Shown: positions 13,017-31,572 of the stretch, one piece after another
Numbering within the stretch: position 1 is the first letter of the stretch
Layout: each line of letters opens with the position of its first letter
Assembly: GCA_907165135.1 (NCBI GenBank)
Contig: OU015567.1
Span: 11,098,001 to 11,162,000, forward strand
Reading direction: 5' to 3'
Origin: Oikopleura dioica
Lineage: Eukaryota > Animalia > Chordata
DNA: 64,000 bases
The notes under the pieces: generated by a model
The model's database searches: none
Told to the model about the DNA's origin: nothing
What the model saw: the letters and a program-made list of their open reading frames with translations, nothing else
Translations under genes and position numbers: made by a program

Positions 13017-13700
13017 TGTTATGTGAATGTCCTTCGTAGTGTTTTAGTTTTTACCTAGGATTTTCGAATCATTTCATAACTTATTTCAATAAACCCGAAT
13101 AAAATGACGATAATTAATCAGACTTACCAAGAAATCAAATCCTCATTTTCTCTTCACTAGAGCTCCTTTATTCACCAGAATTTTTAGTGCCAAGAAGACG
13201 TCTAATGGTGCCCTGAAAATATTCCGTTTCTTACCTAAATTTATCGAAAAAATCGCTCCTAACAAAACAGTAAAATTTACTAGTATGTATTGCAAAGTCC
13301 TCCACTAAATCAATCTTGTTTCTTCTTATATTTTGACATTTTACTAACTTCTCAGAAGATCCAAAAAGCTCCCTTACTCCGATGAACTTTATCCTTTATC
13401 TGTGTCGTTATCATAAATTATATATTTTTGTAACTTTATATCGCTCCGTCTAGTTTCATTTCTTGTAAATAATTCTTATCAATTCTTTCACATTTTATCT
13501 TCTTCCTTCCATCAAACTAAAAACAACTAACAGCCAAAATTTGTCTTCCAGCTTCCCATTCTAATATTGCCGATTATACCACTATCTCACGATATATTTT
13601 ATATTGCAAAATCTCTGATCCAACAAGTTCTGTACCAGTGGCGTATTCAAACAAAAAAATAAATTATCCTCAATTAAAAACCAAAATTTACTGTTTATAG

Positions 13701-15759
13701 ATGTCGGATGAGTACTCAGACGATAGTTTAGACGAATATGGGAGAAATGACTTTTACCGAGTAAGTATATGATCTGGGTGACGATAGGGCATTTTTATGA
13801 AGTTTTCAAGAGTTAGAGCCTATATAGTCTATTCGGTCGGGTTAATTTGGTATTTTCATCAACGTACTTTATTGTTATTAGAGCACGTCTTCGTATAATC
13901 ATTACTTCTTTGAATTGATCCTCTTACATAAGGATGATTATGTAACAACCTAGAGCACAATTAGCTTCATTTTCCATCCTTACATATTTTATTTATCCTT
14001 AGTACACGAATGCTCCAGGGACAGAGAGTCCTAATCAGAGCCCGATTCCTCCTGATAACGAATCTCCGCGGCATCTTCCTCGCCAATCTTACTTGGACAA
14101 TATAAATTTCGAAGAGCTGAACACGCTCGAAAGACCGATGCCAATGAAAGCTTCTGAAAACAGTCCAAGACCTTCTGGAGCACCCAGAGAGCAGCAAGAG
14201 CCGTTCGTAGAAACATACTTTCGAAACTACGAAAATGCAGCGTTCAACACTAAAGAGTCTGATGTGACGCGAGAAGAGCCACCGCGCAAATCAATCCTGA
14301 AGCAGGACAGTTATTACACAGAACATGAATTGGGAGCATCGCAAAACGAAGAATACTATGCCGAGAAGCAAAAGCAATACGAAAGAGAGTATGCGATTCT
14401 GCTTGAAAAGGAAAAATTTCAAGCAGCGAGTATGGAGACGCACAAGACTGTCCGAAAGAACAACAAGTCTCTCCCACCTAAGCCAGAAATTGAGAAGCCA
14501 AAGAGTTCGCCTCCGAAACGACCGAAGGCTCAAAACTCACCGATAAAACGAAGCAAATCGCTGAATAAACCAAGATCTTATGCGGAGCAGTTTTCAAACT
14601 CGCCAAAAAAGGAAGAGAGACACAGTTTTACACACAGTCATACCCAGGCTGTAGATCCGTTTTCCATATTTAAGCCTGTGCGGAAAACCCGTTTAGGGTA
14701 TCCAAAGCCATCACCGAAACATCACGAAGAAGAATATATTCCGCAATTCCATCAGACAAGTAAATACGGTATTTAAAATACCCTAAATTATTTAATAGGA
14801 TTTTTAATTGAGAACTATCTCTTGAATCGATAAAACAATTAAATGTCGTTTCAGTGAATACATCCCGAGAAGATCTGGGAAAACTGCACAGGCCGAGCCA
14901 TCATTCGATGAAAAAACTCGTCGAGAGCTTCTCTAGGACGTCCTTTGACGATAGCTTCGGGCCTGACTACAATTCACAGGAAAACTCCTTCAACTACTTC
15001 CAGGAATCGAATAACTCATACAGCGGGCATCCCAGCATCCCAGAAGGACAGGATTCGTATCGCCCACCTGAAAAGCATATAAGCCAGGCGGCGTTGAGGA
15101 CGATCAATAGGCCGACGATGCAGACTCAAGATCCACCAAAGGTACTATAGTTTCTTATTGGCTATTAAATCGTATGTTTACTATAAAGTCAAAATCGCTG
15201 GATAGCTACTTGGAAATACAAAACGCGGCGAACAAGTCACCAGTCTACAAGAAATACTCGGTCAAGGACTACAAAAACTTACAGCAACAACAGGGAATCT
15301 ACAGATCTCGCGGACTTGGGCCCGAGAAGGCTCCTACTCAAGACACTCTCAGATATGAGAGGAGAAAGAACTTTGCCGAAGCTGTTCGATACATGAATAA
15401 AGGGAAGATCAAGCCGCAAGTTGAAGAAAAAATTGACATTAAGGTAGGCCTTCCGTTGACGTTGTTTCTTATTTTTTTTCTAGAGACTAGAGCTGGAGCG
15501 CAAACGGGAAATACGTAAAAAACAGCTAGAGTATGCTAAATCAATACCTCCGCCACCCAAGCCTTCAAAAAACCGACCTAAGAAGGCTGAATACGCTCTT
15601 CCAGGCAGCAACGGTGGACGACAGCCACCCCCTACGTCAACGACTGACATGCATGGCGCCAGCAATGCTGAAGATTCTACTCTTGATGCGCTGCTTTCCA
15701 GACATAAGAACGAACAAGCGCGTGTCACTCGTTTACGAGCTCTTGTCAACATTAATTAA
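13701..15759 (+). CDS. JHY: JHY (C11orf63)-like ciliary protein (multi-exon)
   Basis: ATG lies directly after tttatag. The C-terminal motifs YKKYSVKDYK...GLGPE...NFAEAVRYMN...QLEYAKSIPPP...LLSRHKNEQARVTRLRAL resemble the recalled JHY C-terminus (GLGPD...EYAKQVKEYN...ALEYAKTIPKP...LQNRHEREKQAV). The N-terminal two thirds is low complexity. Confidence 0.6.
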
Positions 15760-16169
15760 ATTTGTAGTCTTGTTTTGTTCACTTTTGCCTTCTTTCTTTT
15801 TATCTTACAAAAGTCCACTCTTGAGCCTTGGATACATTCCATGTGCCTTCAGAATCCTGTAAAATACTCAGCTGTAAATCTATATCTATTTTTATATTTC
15901 GAATAAACACTCATTTTCATATAATTTTGTAAAAGAATCAGCTCTCTAATGCATAGATAACTGATTATTCTTTATTTTGAATGGCTAGCATATCAAATAA
16001 GTATGTAACAGTATTTTACAGAAAGTAGGTGACAGTTATAATGAGGATGATAGTAAAGGGCTATTTATTCCGTTTGTCCGAGGTTAAGTATTTTTCTTGC
16101 GACTCTCACGAGGAAATTTTTGAAAAACTTCACCACGGTGAACGGGAATAAATAGACCCTAGTTATTTT

Positions 16170-16856
16170 TCAGTAATAAGCAGACGCATGATTCTCCTCA
16201 ACGACTGGGCTTTGGCGTGCAGGCTTTGTGTTGATGGGTTTTGGTTCAACAGGAGTCGTAGCAGGAGCTTGACGGCTATCTCTAAGTTCGAGAAACCTCT
16301 TGGGGCCGATCACGTTTAGTAGTTGTTTGCATTGAACGAGGGCTTTTGAGTGGAATTGCGTGAAGTAAACTTCTGATAGATTCGTTTTTGTCAGGCGGGA
16401 AACGGGAATAGTGGTCACGCAAAAGAAGCATTTGATCATTTGGATTCGCTCGTCGAAGTAGAAGCCTTCGTCGGCGAGTTTTGTGATAAATTCACGACTC
16501 AAGTGTGGGCATTGGGTTTTTCGTAGCAGCTCCAAAGAGGTGAGCCGAAGCTCTTGTCGCTGGAACTCGACGATCATCGGTTCTAAGGCGCTTTCAGAAA
16601 CGATGAGCGGGCAATCGGACGAAATCATCGCATGAGTGGCGAGAATTTCATCATCTGTATCTGGCTCGGAGAAACAAGCATCGCAGAACTCGCATTTCAG
16701 TTTAACTTTATCAGGCTCTTCGCAGTGGCGCTCGGGGATGAGACCTGCTTTGCATCTTTCGACGAGAGTTGTCTTGATGAAAAAGTCATTGTCGTCTTCT
16801 GTCCAGTTATCGAAACGATCGAAAAATCCGAATAAGTCTGTTTCCAACATGCTCAT
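16170..16856 (-). CDS. Intronless IAP-like protein with two BIR repeats, no RING seen
   Basis: BIR1 has CEFC-x16-H-x6-C (canonical spacing). BIR2 has LADEGFYF...IKCFFC-x22-H-x6-C. Confidence 0.75.
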   Translation of the reverse strand: MSMLETDLFGFFDRFDNWTEDDNDFFIKTTLVERCKAGLIPERHCEEPDKVKLKCEFCDACFSEPDTDDEILATHAMISSDCPLIVSESALEPMIVEFQRQELRLTSLELLRKTQCPHLSREFITKLADEGFYFDERIQMIKCFFCVTTIPVSRLTKTNLSEVYFTQFHSKALVQCKQLLNVIGPKRFLELRDSRQAPATTPVEPKPINTKPARQSPVVEENHASAYY

Positions 16857-17318
16857 CTCTCGTTTGTGTGCTCGCTCTCTTATAGTACATAATTATTTTC
16901 CTTTTGGTGGCGCCGCTCATCTCTCATACTTTGTCAGACCCTCTCGGCGGAGCGTAAAAAACGACCTTAGATTATAAGATAGAAATTGCTAAGATAGAAA
17001 GGATCCTTAATAATTTGGTATCCGAATAAAGAATAAATACATAATGGAAATTTCGGACTCGTAAGATTATCATTATGTTTTATCAGATTCATAGAAAAAC
17101 AGCCACCCCTTTTCTTTGACTAAAGATTGCTTTTTTTAATGTGCCCGCAGCCTTCAAAAAGAAGCACAAAAAAGCCATCTGCCAAAATATTTACATGTTT
17201 ATGGTACCCGTTTCGGGATGAAGGCAAAAGACAGAAACGCACTATAAATGCTTAGAATAAACAATAGTGTAAATATCAAAAATCGCTAAAGAGCACTTTC
17301 AAAAATTATTTTATCGAT

Positions 17319-17740
17319 TTATTGATGCGCCTCATGTTGATAAATTATGACAAATTGAATCATAAGTAGAAATTCTGTTGGTGAGGTATTAAAATAGTTT
17401 GAAGTCGCAGAGTCGATTTTCCGGAAATTTAAAGAAGCTATACGCTCCCAGATTTGTTCAAGAATGTTGGGATTGTCGCCTTTGTATTGACGATCAGAGA
17501 GGATCTCTGCCAGAGTCAGAGAAGAACTGCCTCTTGAAAACATCAACCAAGCGATTTTAGGCGCGTTTTCTTCGCAATCAAAAAGCAAATGAAAGATTAA
17601 AAACCTAACCTTGCCATCACTCAACAAAATCAACAGCAATAGAGGACAACCAACATCGAGTGATGCTTTTCTTAGTTGGATTTTAAGCGATAGAAACCTT
17701 TGACGATGATTGAAGATGGGGAAGGAAATCGCGTCTAAAT
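17319..17740 (-). CDS. Possible hypothetical multi-exon protein
   Basis: Open stretches ...FLSLKIQLRKASLDVGCPLLLLILLSDGK|gttagg and DCEENAPKIAW...LEQIWERIASL with plausible splice sites; no family recognised. Confidence 0.2.
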
Positions 17741-18152
17741 ACTAGAAATCTTCCTGCTCTCTTTACTGACCGATCTTTCAAAAATCAAGAATAAATACAT
17801 TTATTCAAGTGTTTTAAAGTGTTCAGTTGTCTTGTTACATACGACCTGTTCCTTCGTGAAAATCTCTGGAAGGCTTTTCTGTTTTCTTCCTTGATTTCAC
17901 GAGCGTGGCGGTCCCCCTCTAGTAACATTTTTCTATGCTTCTCTATTCTTTTACATTTATGTTTTTACTTTTTTTATCATATTGTCCAAAATTAAAATAC
18001 TTGGATTCTTCATCGATTAATCCTGTTGTCTTAAAAAATTTATGCTGTAATGAATTCTTTTTTTAGTAGCGCAGTCAGGAATACAGGTATGTGACAACAA
18101 TCAATTGTTTATGGCAAGAATAAAAAGAAAAAAGTACAACAAACAAAGCAAA

Positions 18153-19266
18153 TTATCTTCGTAACAGCCTTATGAAAGTGTCTTCATCCCATCCATGATC
18201 AAGAACTGCTTTTATTCGTGGTTTCAGCATGATTCCTCGCTGCCAGAAAGTCAACAGAGCATCTCGGCATTTTCTAGTGACGAGATTGAAGTCATCTTCG
18301 CCGTAGATCTCGTAGAGCTCGTCGATTCCGACTTGGCAGTAGAGTGAGCAAGAGATAACCGACTGAATGATGATCTCGACGAAGCAGCTGACTCTCTCAA
18401 GCTCGAAATCTTCATGTCTGAGCGTAAACACATCGACCATCTTCAAGTAGTTCTCAACGATCGAAAGGATATTTTCCAAAACTCGTTGGAAGTTTCTCTT
18501 CTTCGCATGAAATTTAAGGAAATTTTCCAAGATTTGTTTTGCTTTCTGCAATCTGCTGATTTCGAAAAGTTTAAATTGGAACTCCATTATCTTTTTTTGA
18601 ATTTATCAAAATTATAGAATGAATACTCGGAGTACAGGTGGGCTGCTTTTATGCAGATATTTGATCCAAATGTGCGCCATCTACCGCCGGATGGATCTGA
18701 GCGTCCAATTTTCCCATCGCGATGGAATTTCTAGCGAGGATGTGTGACTTTGCCCAAGGGCGGCGGGAGCGCAATTCATTGGCGACAAACTTGAAAAGGC
18801 AAATAATGAGTATTTTATGACTTCGATGAACAAAAGATCGTCCACCGATCGAAGCAGATCGACGTCATGACTAAAGAGTAAATGTTCTTTGAGTACGATG
18901 ATGAGTTGCACCATTGAAATACGATGAGTTTTCGACAATAAGACTCCATTTTTAGTAATTCGAAAAAAGTATGATTATTTTTTTAATTCTCAGAATGAAT
19001 TATCGATTTACTTCCAAAAAAACCCGAGGAATCAACAAAGATGACCGATTCCTCGAGCTATCAATGCTGTTGAAATCAAGGAAGAGTGCACAAAATAAAC
19101 GAAAAACTTTACATTCTTGCAGGAATAAATGGAGCCCTGAAAAGGGCTTCTGCTGGTCGTTGCTGGGATATCGGTTATTTTCTTCTTCATCCTGTTCTAG
19201 GATGATTTTGATGGGCGTTTCTGTCAGAGCACGGGTTTGCCCACACGTATTTTCGTGTTCTGACAT
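18153..19266 (-). CDS. Hypothetical helical protein, probably several exons
   Basis: Three consecutive same-strand ORFs (19266-19000, 18938-18681, 18587-18153) separated by intron-sized gaps. The last 144-aa ORF has protein-like composition and AATAAA-like sequence downstream. No family recognised. Confidence 0.4.
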
Positions 19267-19826
19267 TTTCTTTCATCGAGACATTCCCTGTCAAGAATGA
19301 TGTTAGCAGTTTCCGTCGGTCTTTATATACACATTGGTGAGAAGCAAAATGCCTGCTCTAGAAACTTTCTTGCTGTTTTGAAAGAAACGATGTCAAAGAA
19401 TACAATATTTTATTGCGCGCTGTTCTCGAATCCGAAGAAGCCAGATCATCGACGATTTTAATGTGATTGTTTATTCGTTCAAAGTGAACACAGTCAGTGA
19501 AAAAAAAATCTCGCACGGGTTTATTACTGTTTAACATTTCTTGAACGGGTAACATCTCTCGAATGTGTTTTTGAGAGTCGGTTTATGTGAAGCGTTTCGG
19601 AGGCGGCAAGAACAAATTGAAAATTGGTATTCTCGTGTAGAAAAAGGCAATAGAATGGGCACAAAAAGGTTGAAGATGTCCAGCTCTCGATGTTTTTAAA
19701 TGAAGTGGTTTCGCATTTGTGAAGAAGGTCCTTCTTGAATTTAACGCATATTAATTCTGTGAAGAGAGCAGGATAAATTCTGAGAAAGATTAGTAAAGCG
19801 AAGCATTTTTTAAAACAACTTACAGT

Positions 19827-21537
19827 TTAAAAGTCAAGTGCATTAGGTCGTCTGGATGATGGGAGGGCGACCATACTCGGCGGGCTTTCATCATCATCAA
19901 ATTCCTCAATCTTGACGTCCTCGCTTGTTCCGCTGTTGTGGCGGTGAGCCATTGTTGGCAAGCCGTAGTCATTGACAAAACGGGGATCGCACCCGTTTGT
20001 TATCGCAAGCAGGGAGTTTCCTTGCATCCCTGGGCGCATAGTATTTGTTCGACTTTCGCCCTGAAGATTAATTAAGAAAAACGAAAATCTCACGCAAAAT
20101 TTTACCTGATGAACTTCTTTGTAGTGCCGCGAGAGAGAGTATTTTCTTGTAAAGGTCTTTCGGCACAGCTCGCAGGCAAATTTTTGTCTGCAGAGATCAT
20201 TGATTCCACTTTCGCCAGATTCACTGTTAGCTCTTCCGCCCTTCGAGGGAGTATCTTCGTCTTCGATAAAAGTCTTTCCCTCGCTGGAATTGGAGCGCTC
20301 AGAGCTTGGTGGAGTAATAAAACCGCCTCCGACTGGCGAGTGATTATTCTGGCTACTGGTTCCAGCGGCGGCGGCGGCCGATTGAGCTTTTGTGGCTGAC
20401 TCAACGAAAGCCGCTAGATTTGACGCAGCCGCCTGGGATGAAAGCGATGAAATTAAGGACGATTTTAAGGCGATGTTCTGCTGGAGGCTTTGGAGCTGCT
20501 TGGCGGTGGACTCGAGCGATTTGCGCTGTTGCTTGGTTGGGGTTGTCATCGATCCAGGGGCCTAAAATGCACGTGAGTTGGCTGCTTTGAGTATTGATTG
20601 GCGGTGGTGCATACAGTCGCCTTCTATATATTTAACTAGATAATCGCAGCGACGCGAGAGCGGATCAATCTTTTTACAAAACGAATGCTGCTCAATGCTG
20701 TGGCAACATCTCATGCTGAATTGGGGAATTTCCAAGCGTGCTGAAGAGTTCTTCCGCTTGGCTTTAATCCCACATCACGGAAAATTTAATATTTCTTTTG
20801 CGGATGAATTAAGTGTAACTCAATGTCGGTACGGTATCAATGGACAATGATATCGCTTATCATTTACCTTAATTTCCGATTTGGGCTCAGTCTTGAGATT
20901 CAAAGGCGCGTTGTTTTCTTCTTTTGCTTCAGGCGAGTGATGTGAGCCCGGCAACATGTTTGGTGCAGTAGGGGATCCGTTCTTTACGCGTATCTTGGTA
21001 GGAGGAAAAAGGCCTGGCATTGAGACGAGTTTTCTCATCTCCTGCTGGGTGAGCATAGGAGGAGCGACCGGCTGACGGATGTTGTGTAGTCCTGCGCCTG
21101 GATGACTAACTGACATTGAAGGCCCTTCGCTCCTGGCCTTTTTTGTAGCTGGCCCATCGATAGGCCCAGCGTTGACGGAGTGTAGTTGCGCTGGAAGCTT
21201 CACCTGAGCTGGATTAACTGCGGGAAGCGAGGCCATCCCGCCATTCTCCACTGGTATTTGATTCGACTTTGGGCTTCCCCAAAAGACTTGAAGCTGGCAT
21301 CCGTGATCGTTGAGAATAATGCTCCACTTTGGAGCAAGAAGATTTTCCAGACGGATGTTAGCGAGATGCTGATTCACCTAAACAACAGCCGTTCGTTTCA
21401 TTCTCATTGATTTATGCAAGAAAATTATCATAAAATTACGCGAGGAAAAACCACTCTTGTTATTTATGCTAAAGTCTCACCTGCTCGGGAATGCCCGGCT
21501 GTTTTGTTGTGCAGACACCGCTTTGTTTGAAATTCAT
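19827..21537 (-). CDS. C2H2 zinc-finger transcription factor with one finger (exons 21537-21481, 21377-20868, 20561-~20105, ~20061-19827)
   Basis: FACELCRKTFTRKYSLSRHYKEVH is a canonical C2H2 finger. The upstream exons join in frame at GT-AG phase-0 junctions (PEQ|VNQ, EIK|APG, VHQ|GES). Confidence 0.7.
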
Positions 21538-21859
21538 CCCTTCCCTGTTCTTCGAATTTCACGAGTTGGCAATCTCTAATTTGCTTTCTGCGTTTTTTGG
21601 TGGGGGTTTGCGTGCTCTGGAGCTGAAGGTGTCGAAATATCTCCTTAGCAGGGGGCTCTCCTCGTCCCTCTTGACAACTGAGGAGGTGTCAACTGACTCC
21701 TTATTACTCCCCCTGCGCCTCGCGAGTTTTTGTTTCTCTCTCTCTTATCGAGAGTTTCTCTTCGTTGATTTCACTCCCTGTCTGCGAGACAAGGGATGAG
21801 TGCTTGGAGGAGGAGTAGAACGTGCCCCGAGGTGTAGAATGTCAGTGGTGAATCTCTCT

Positions 21860-22060
21860 GCTCGTGGTGCTGCCTTTGGGGGATTTGGTGAAACTCGAGT
21901 GCGATTCGCACCCAGGGCCGCCCCCACCACCGCGGGCGCCGCAACCACACCACCAGCGTCAGTGTGGTGATTGGTGGACCGTGCTCCACCCACGCCGAAA
22001 ATGCGCACACCACACCACACCATCAACACAACACTCGTCCGTCGCTCACATCCTCGCAGA
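21860..22060 (-). promoter_or_regulatory. Probable promoter of the zinc-finger gene (CCAAT, GC-box, GT/CACCC-rich)
   Basis: The minus strand carries ccaccaatcac, ggggcggccc and repeated ggtgtggt ~350-500 nt upstream of the inferred ATG. Confidence 0.35.
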
Positions 22061-22891
22061 AACCCTGCGCTCTTAGCGGAGCATCGAGCTGGTACTACAC
22101 CAGAAGAATTTATTATCCTTCGGTGCAGGGTAGGGTCTAGTATCCTGCAATGCTCAGGAGTTGTTTTGCACGCCCTGGCGGCCAGTGATAAGCCTTCCCG
22201 CGGGTGCTTATCGCACTCCAAATATCACTTTGGGTGCAACCTTTTTCAAAGTTGAGGAAACTTCTTACGTCCACTTGCGGCTGAACTTTTGAAGCTTCTT
22301 ATTATAAATCATCATTTCATCCTTCAATAACGTAGTCATCTCCACCGCCAAATTACTATCGAATGAAAGGAAAGCAGCGCGAGTGTATTCATTCGTGACC
22401 TATTCCGCTCATAAATAATTACCCGCGTCGTTATTTTTTTACGAGCATCCTCCACCACCGTCGCTCGGCGTGGCTGGTAGACCATGACGTTGGTTAATAT
22501 ATCCACCGCCTTTTGTTCGTTGGATAATCGATGGAGGAGGGCCTCTGTGGAGCGCTGATTGTATCGTTTATGCGGGATACTCCTGGCCTCGTGGGATCCA
22601 GGTCGATTGCGCCATTTGATAAGATTAATATTAGATAACAAGTTGCTCTTTCCGTAAGCATATTTTTCTGATAGAAAGCTCTATCAAAAAGCGTTTCTGA
22701 CAAGATCATCATCGTGGAAGATAATTAGCTGATGTTGAGAAGCTCGTATAAAGCAATATTGCCTGTAAGCTCAAAGACTGACACTAATAAAAGTTGACCT
22801 AAGGTTGAGCATGCTTAGCTAATCTTATGGTTGGTAGAATCTTGCTGAAAGAGATTTGATTTCAGCAAAGAAATTAAAGGTAAGTGTTTAA

Positions 22892-23145
22892 TACCATGAG
22901 ATTTTTTAAGAGAGGGAGAAGGCCCCTGGCCTCGCTTCCCCGTTTCACTCTCGGGGAAGTCTAGAAATTTCTTTCAGCTCCTGTTGGGTACCTCAGAATA
23001 AAGAATTTAGAGTGCGGCGCACTGCGGAAAAATACCGTCATTTGATTGGCTAGCCGCGCTAAGCGCGCGCGGCTAAACTGAGAGTCCCAGAGGGCTTAGG
23101 ACCCTCAGATTCTCCGATCTCCCTTTAGAAAAAAATCTCATGGTA
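22892..23145. mobile_element. MITE-like element A, 250 bp core (22894-23143) flanked by TA
   Basis: Left end ta|ccatgagatttttt...agagggagaa, right end tctccctttagaaaaaaatctcatgg|ta: a 14-bp perfect terminal inverted repeat, imperfect further in. No coding capacity. TA duplication suggests Tc1/mariner derivation. Confidence 0.7.
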
Positions 23146-23405
23146 CAACGATTTTATTGAGAAAAAATTTCATTGTACCCCGAATACAATGTAATTATAC
23201 GATTCCGAGATATTTTTGAATATCTGAGCAAAGCTTCAAAAGAAGCAGATTTCATCGTGAATTGGATAGAAAACGTTTTATTCTGAGATAATTGAGGCAG
23301 ACAGCAGAAATGTTCCAAGTAAGTTAACTTTATTACGTTAGTTTTACGAATCAAATTTACTGAAGAGCGTAAAATTAAACTGCTTATTCACTAAAATTGC
23401 GTGAG

Positions 23406-23982
23406 ACGTGCTTTTAAGGTTAACGAAGTTTTCCAGCCCACTTCCGCCTTATAGACCCGGAACACCATACCTTTTAGAATCAGCAGAAATTTTTAAGAAC
23501 TTTGACGGTTTAAAATTCTAGAAAACTCCACTTCCGGTCGATTCTAGAGCCGGAAGTTGACGAAATAGGTGTAATGGTAGACTGTGACCTATCAAATTGA
23601 TGCTCAGAAGATTTTGAGTCATCTTATAATCAATATATCAGAAGAAACAGTCCAAAACGCGGTCAAACCGACCGGTAAAATTATGTAAAAACGGCATAAA
23701 TTGTAGAATTTTTTCATTTTTTCCGTTTGGTTTGACCGCGGTTGGTCTTGATTCTTTTCTTAAATGATAGGAAATCTTCCGAGCATCAATTTGATAGGTC
23801 ACAGTCTACCATTACACCTAATTTCGTCAACTTCCGGCTCTAGAATCGATCGGAAGTGGAGTTTTCTAGAATTTTAAACCGTCAAAGTTCTTAAAAATTT
23901 CTGCTGATTCTAAAAGGTATGGTGTTCGGGGTCTATAAGGCGGAAGTGGGCTGAAAACTTCGTTAACCTTAAAAAAGCACGT
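23406..23982. mobile_element. MITE/foldback element B, ~577 bp, with ~200-bp near-perfect inverted arms
   Basis: 23406-~23612 is the reverse complement of ~23773-23982 (e.g. ttaaggttaacgaagtttt / aaaacttcgttaaccttaa; ctaccattacacct / aggtgtaatggtag). A further inner pair is cgcggtcaaacc / ggtttgaccgcg. TTAA lies at 23414-17 and 23969-72. Confidence 0.9.
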
Positions 23983-24310
23983 AGTGAGTAATGGCTTCAT
24001 CCGAGCAAATATTGAAAACCATAAAATCGGAGAATTCCCGTAGATTTGACCTTCGTGGGTGTTCTGGCTCGACCAACCGCAGCGCCGGATTTCGTCGAGA
24101 CGGCCAATCAGCGCCCGGGCGAGAAAGAAAGACTGGTCGCGGGCCAGACCACGGGCGGTCTCAGCCGATTTTTCCTCCTCTTCGATACTTCTTCGAGCCG
24201 AGCTTTATCAATTAACAAGATTATCAAGATTCGAAATTTCATCTACAGAGGAGTGAGAAGAGCACCACTCAGTGGTGGTGCATGGAGAATCTCGTCGTAA
24301 ATCAGCATTT

Positions 24311-30657
<6,347 letters not shown>

Positions 30658-31572
30658 ATCTAAGGATTCAAACAACAACGACTCGAATAATTGATAATTC
30701 CGGATTTCTATTAATTTCGAAAATGTGATATAAATGCTCGTCTGAATCCTTGCGCAGAACCAATCTCAAAGAAACCTACTGGTAATCTCTTTCCAATCAC
30801 GACAGAAAATCGCTAACTGAAAGAAAAACAAAAAACCTCGTATCCTATATTTTCCTGCTACACACTCATCCAGGATGAGTCATCCTGCATCTACTCACCT
30901 TCACATCTTTATTTCGTCTGTTAAACTTGCTCACTGACGCTCAATAATCGAATCGCGCTCACTGATCTTTCGCTGAGCGCGCTCACGAGCACCAAGGGTC
31001 AATCCAAGGCTCGCCCAAAAAATCCCACCAGCCATGCCAAATGGTTCCAGAACTAATTTGCACGACGTTTACTTCAACTTATCACTTTAGTACTCCCACT
31101 CATTGGGACCGTCTTTTAACCCTAGAGAAATTTGTATTTTACCTCCTATCGTACTTAAAAAAGACGCACAGTAACGACTAGTGCGTTGATACTTTATACC
31201 GAAAGTGTACTTCCCATCCTTAACAATCCCGATTCAATACTATCATTGTACTCCTCCTTAACTTCTGTAATTTCAACCTTACCCGAGTTACTGTACTTTC
31301 AACTCTCCATTTCCCAGTCAATTGGCCAAAAATGCATTTAACTTTTAGTTCAACTCCTTTTCTGTATCTAAAACGTACTTTATTCTTCTCCGTTCTCATT
31401 GAATTGATCTTCACCGATATTTCTTCTACGATAATTCTTCTATATCCTAAAATGTATATAATTCAAAACAACTACTAATTCATCACTGTATTCCAATTAA
31501 TAATTATTTCTATTACTTGATTATCAAGAAAAACATCAGAAAAAAAATAAGCAAAACTTTCAGAAATCTCAA

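Noticed and set aside
21745-22255. 158-aa and overlapping ORFs
   Set aside because: GC/GT-rich promoter-like sequence gives open frames on both strands. There is no domain and no consistent splice structure.
23991-24300. Short ORFs right after the foldback element as SLK N-terminus or transposase
   Set aside because: SLK homology starts at 24311. No DDE motif is present, and the region has a CCAAT/GC promoter character.
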